Shown one piece after another: positions 63,745 through 64,000 of a stretch of DNA of 64,000 bases. The stretch's first letter is position 1. Every line of letters begins with the position of its first letter. Origin of the DNA: Camelus dromedarius (Eukaryota). The stretch lies in the NCBI RefSeq assembly GCF_036321535.1, contig NC_087437.1:39496001-39560000 (forward strand), written 5' to 3'. Below the pieces are notes generated by a model. The model did no database searches and was not told where the DNA came from. It worked only from the letters and a program-made list of their open reading frames with translations. A program made the translations under genes and the position numbers.

Positions 63745-64000
63745 TATGGATTCTAACACCAGTTCCGGTGTGTGTGCTTAGAGGAAGGGGGAGGTTTCCC
63801 TACATTTCCAAGCAAGCCACACCAACCCAACAGCCACTGGGCGTCCTGCAATTCAGCTCAACTCTGACACTGTCTACCCAGAAGGAGCATCAGGCCCCAG
63901 GGGTTAGACGCTCAGTCCCACAGGGGCGCTCCCCACTCCCACTTCAGAGGCTAGTCGCAAGTCCGTGTTGCCTGTGCTCCTGACCAACTGATTATAGATC
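63745..64000 (-). mobile_element. MER21-family LTR, runs off the window end
   Basis: 'ctctgacactgtctaccc...gctcagtcccaca...ccacttcagaggctagtcgcaagtcc...ctgaccaact' is reverse-complemented MER21. Confidence 0.85.

Noticed and set aside
1..64000. CRISPR array, operon or other prokaryote-type system
   Set aside because: The sequence is mammalian, with no repeat-spacer arrays and no gene-dense ORF structure.

Overview
Non-coding, AT-rich eutherian (placental mammal) genomic DNA, apparently intergenic or deep-intronic. I could not support any host protein-coding exon, tRNA, rRNA, snoRNA or known miRNA, and the six-frame ORFs are chance or repeat-derived. Much of the window is old interspersed repeat: L1M, L2, L3/CR1, MIR, MLT1/MLT2, MER21/MER68, Tigger2, hAT MITEs and a decayed ERVL (HERV16/ERV3-16A3-like) provirus with gag, RT, RNaseH, integrase and dUTPase remnants plus a 3' LTR16. 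Repeat families were assigned from remembered consensus sequences and boundaries are approximate. I saw no young lineage-specific SINE. The most interesting signals are candidate regulatory ones: a promoter-like module at ~44.45-44.74 kb, a tandem palindromic D-box-like array at 45.79-45.85 kb, an ~8 kb repeat-poor block at 45.9-53.8 kb containing a motif cluster and a nested inverted repeat, and a homeodomain/FOX/SOX motif cluster at 11.6-12.1 kb. I could not identify the locus and see no convincing evidence of a novel multi-gene system.
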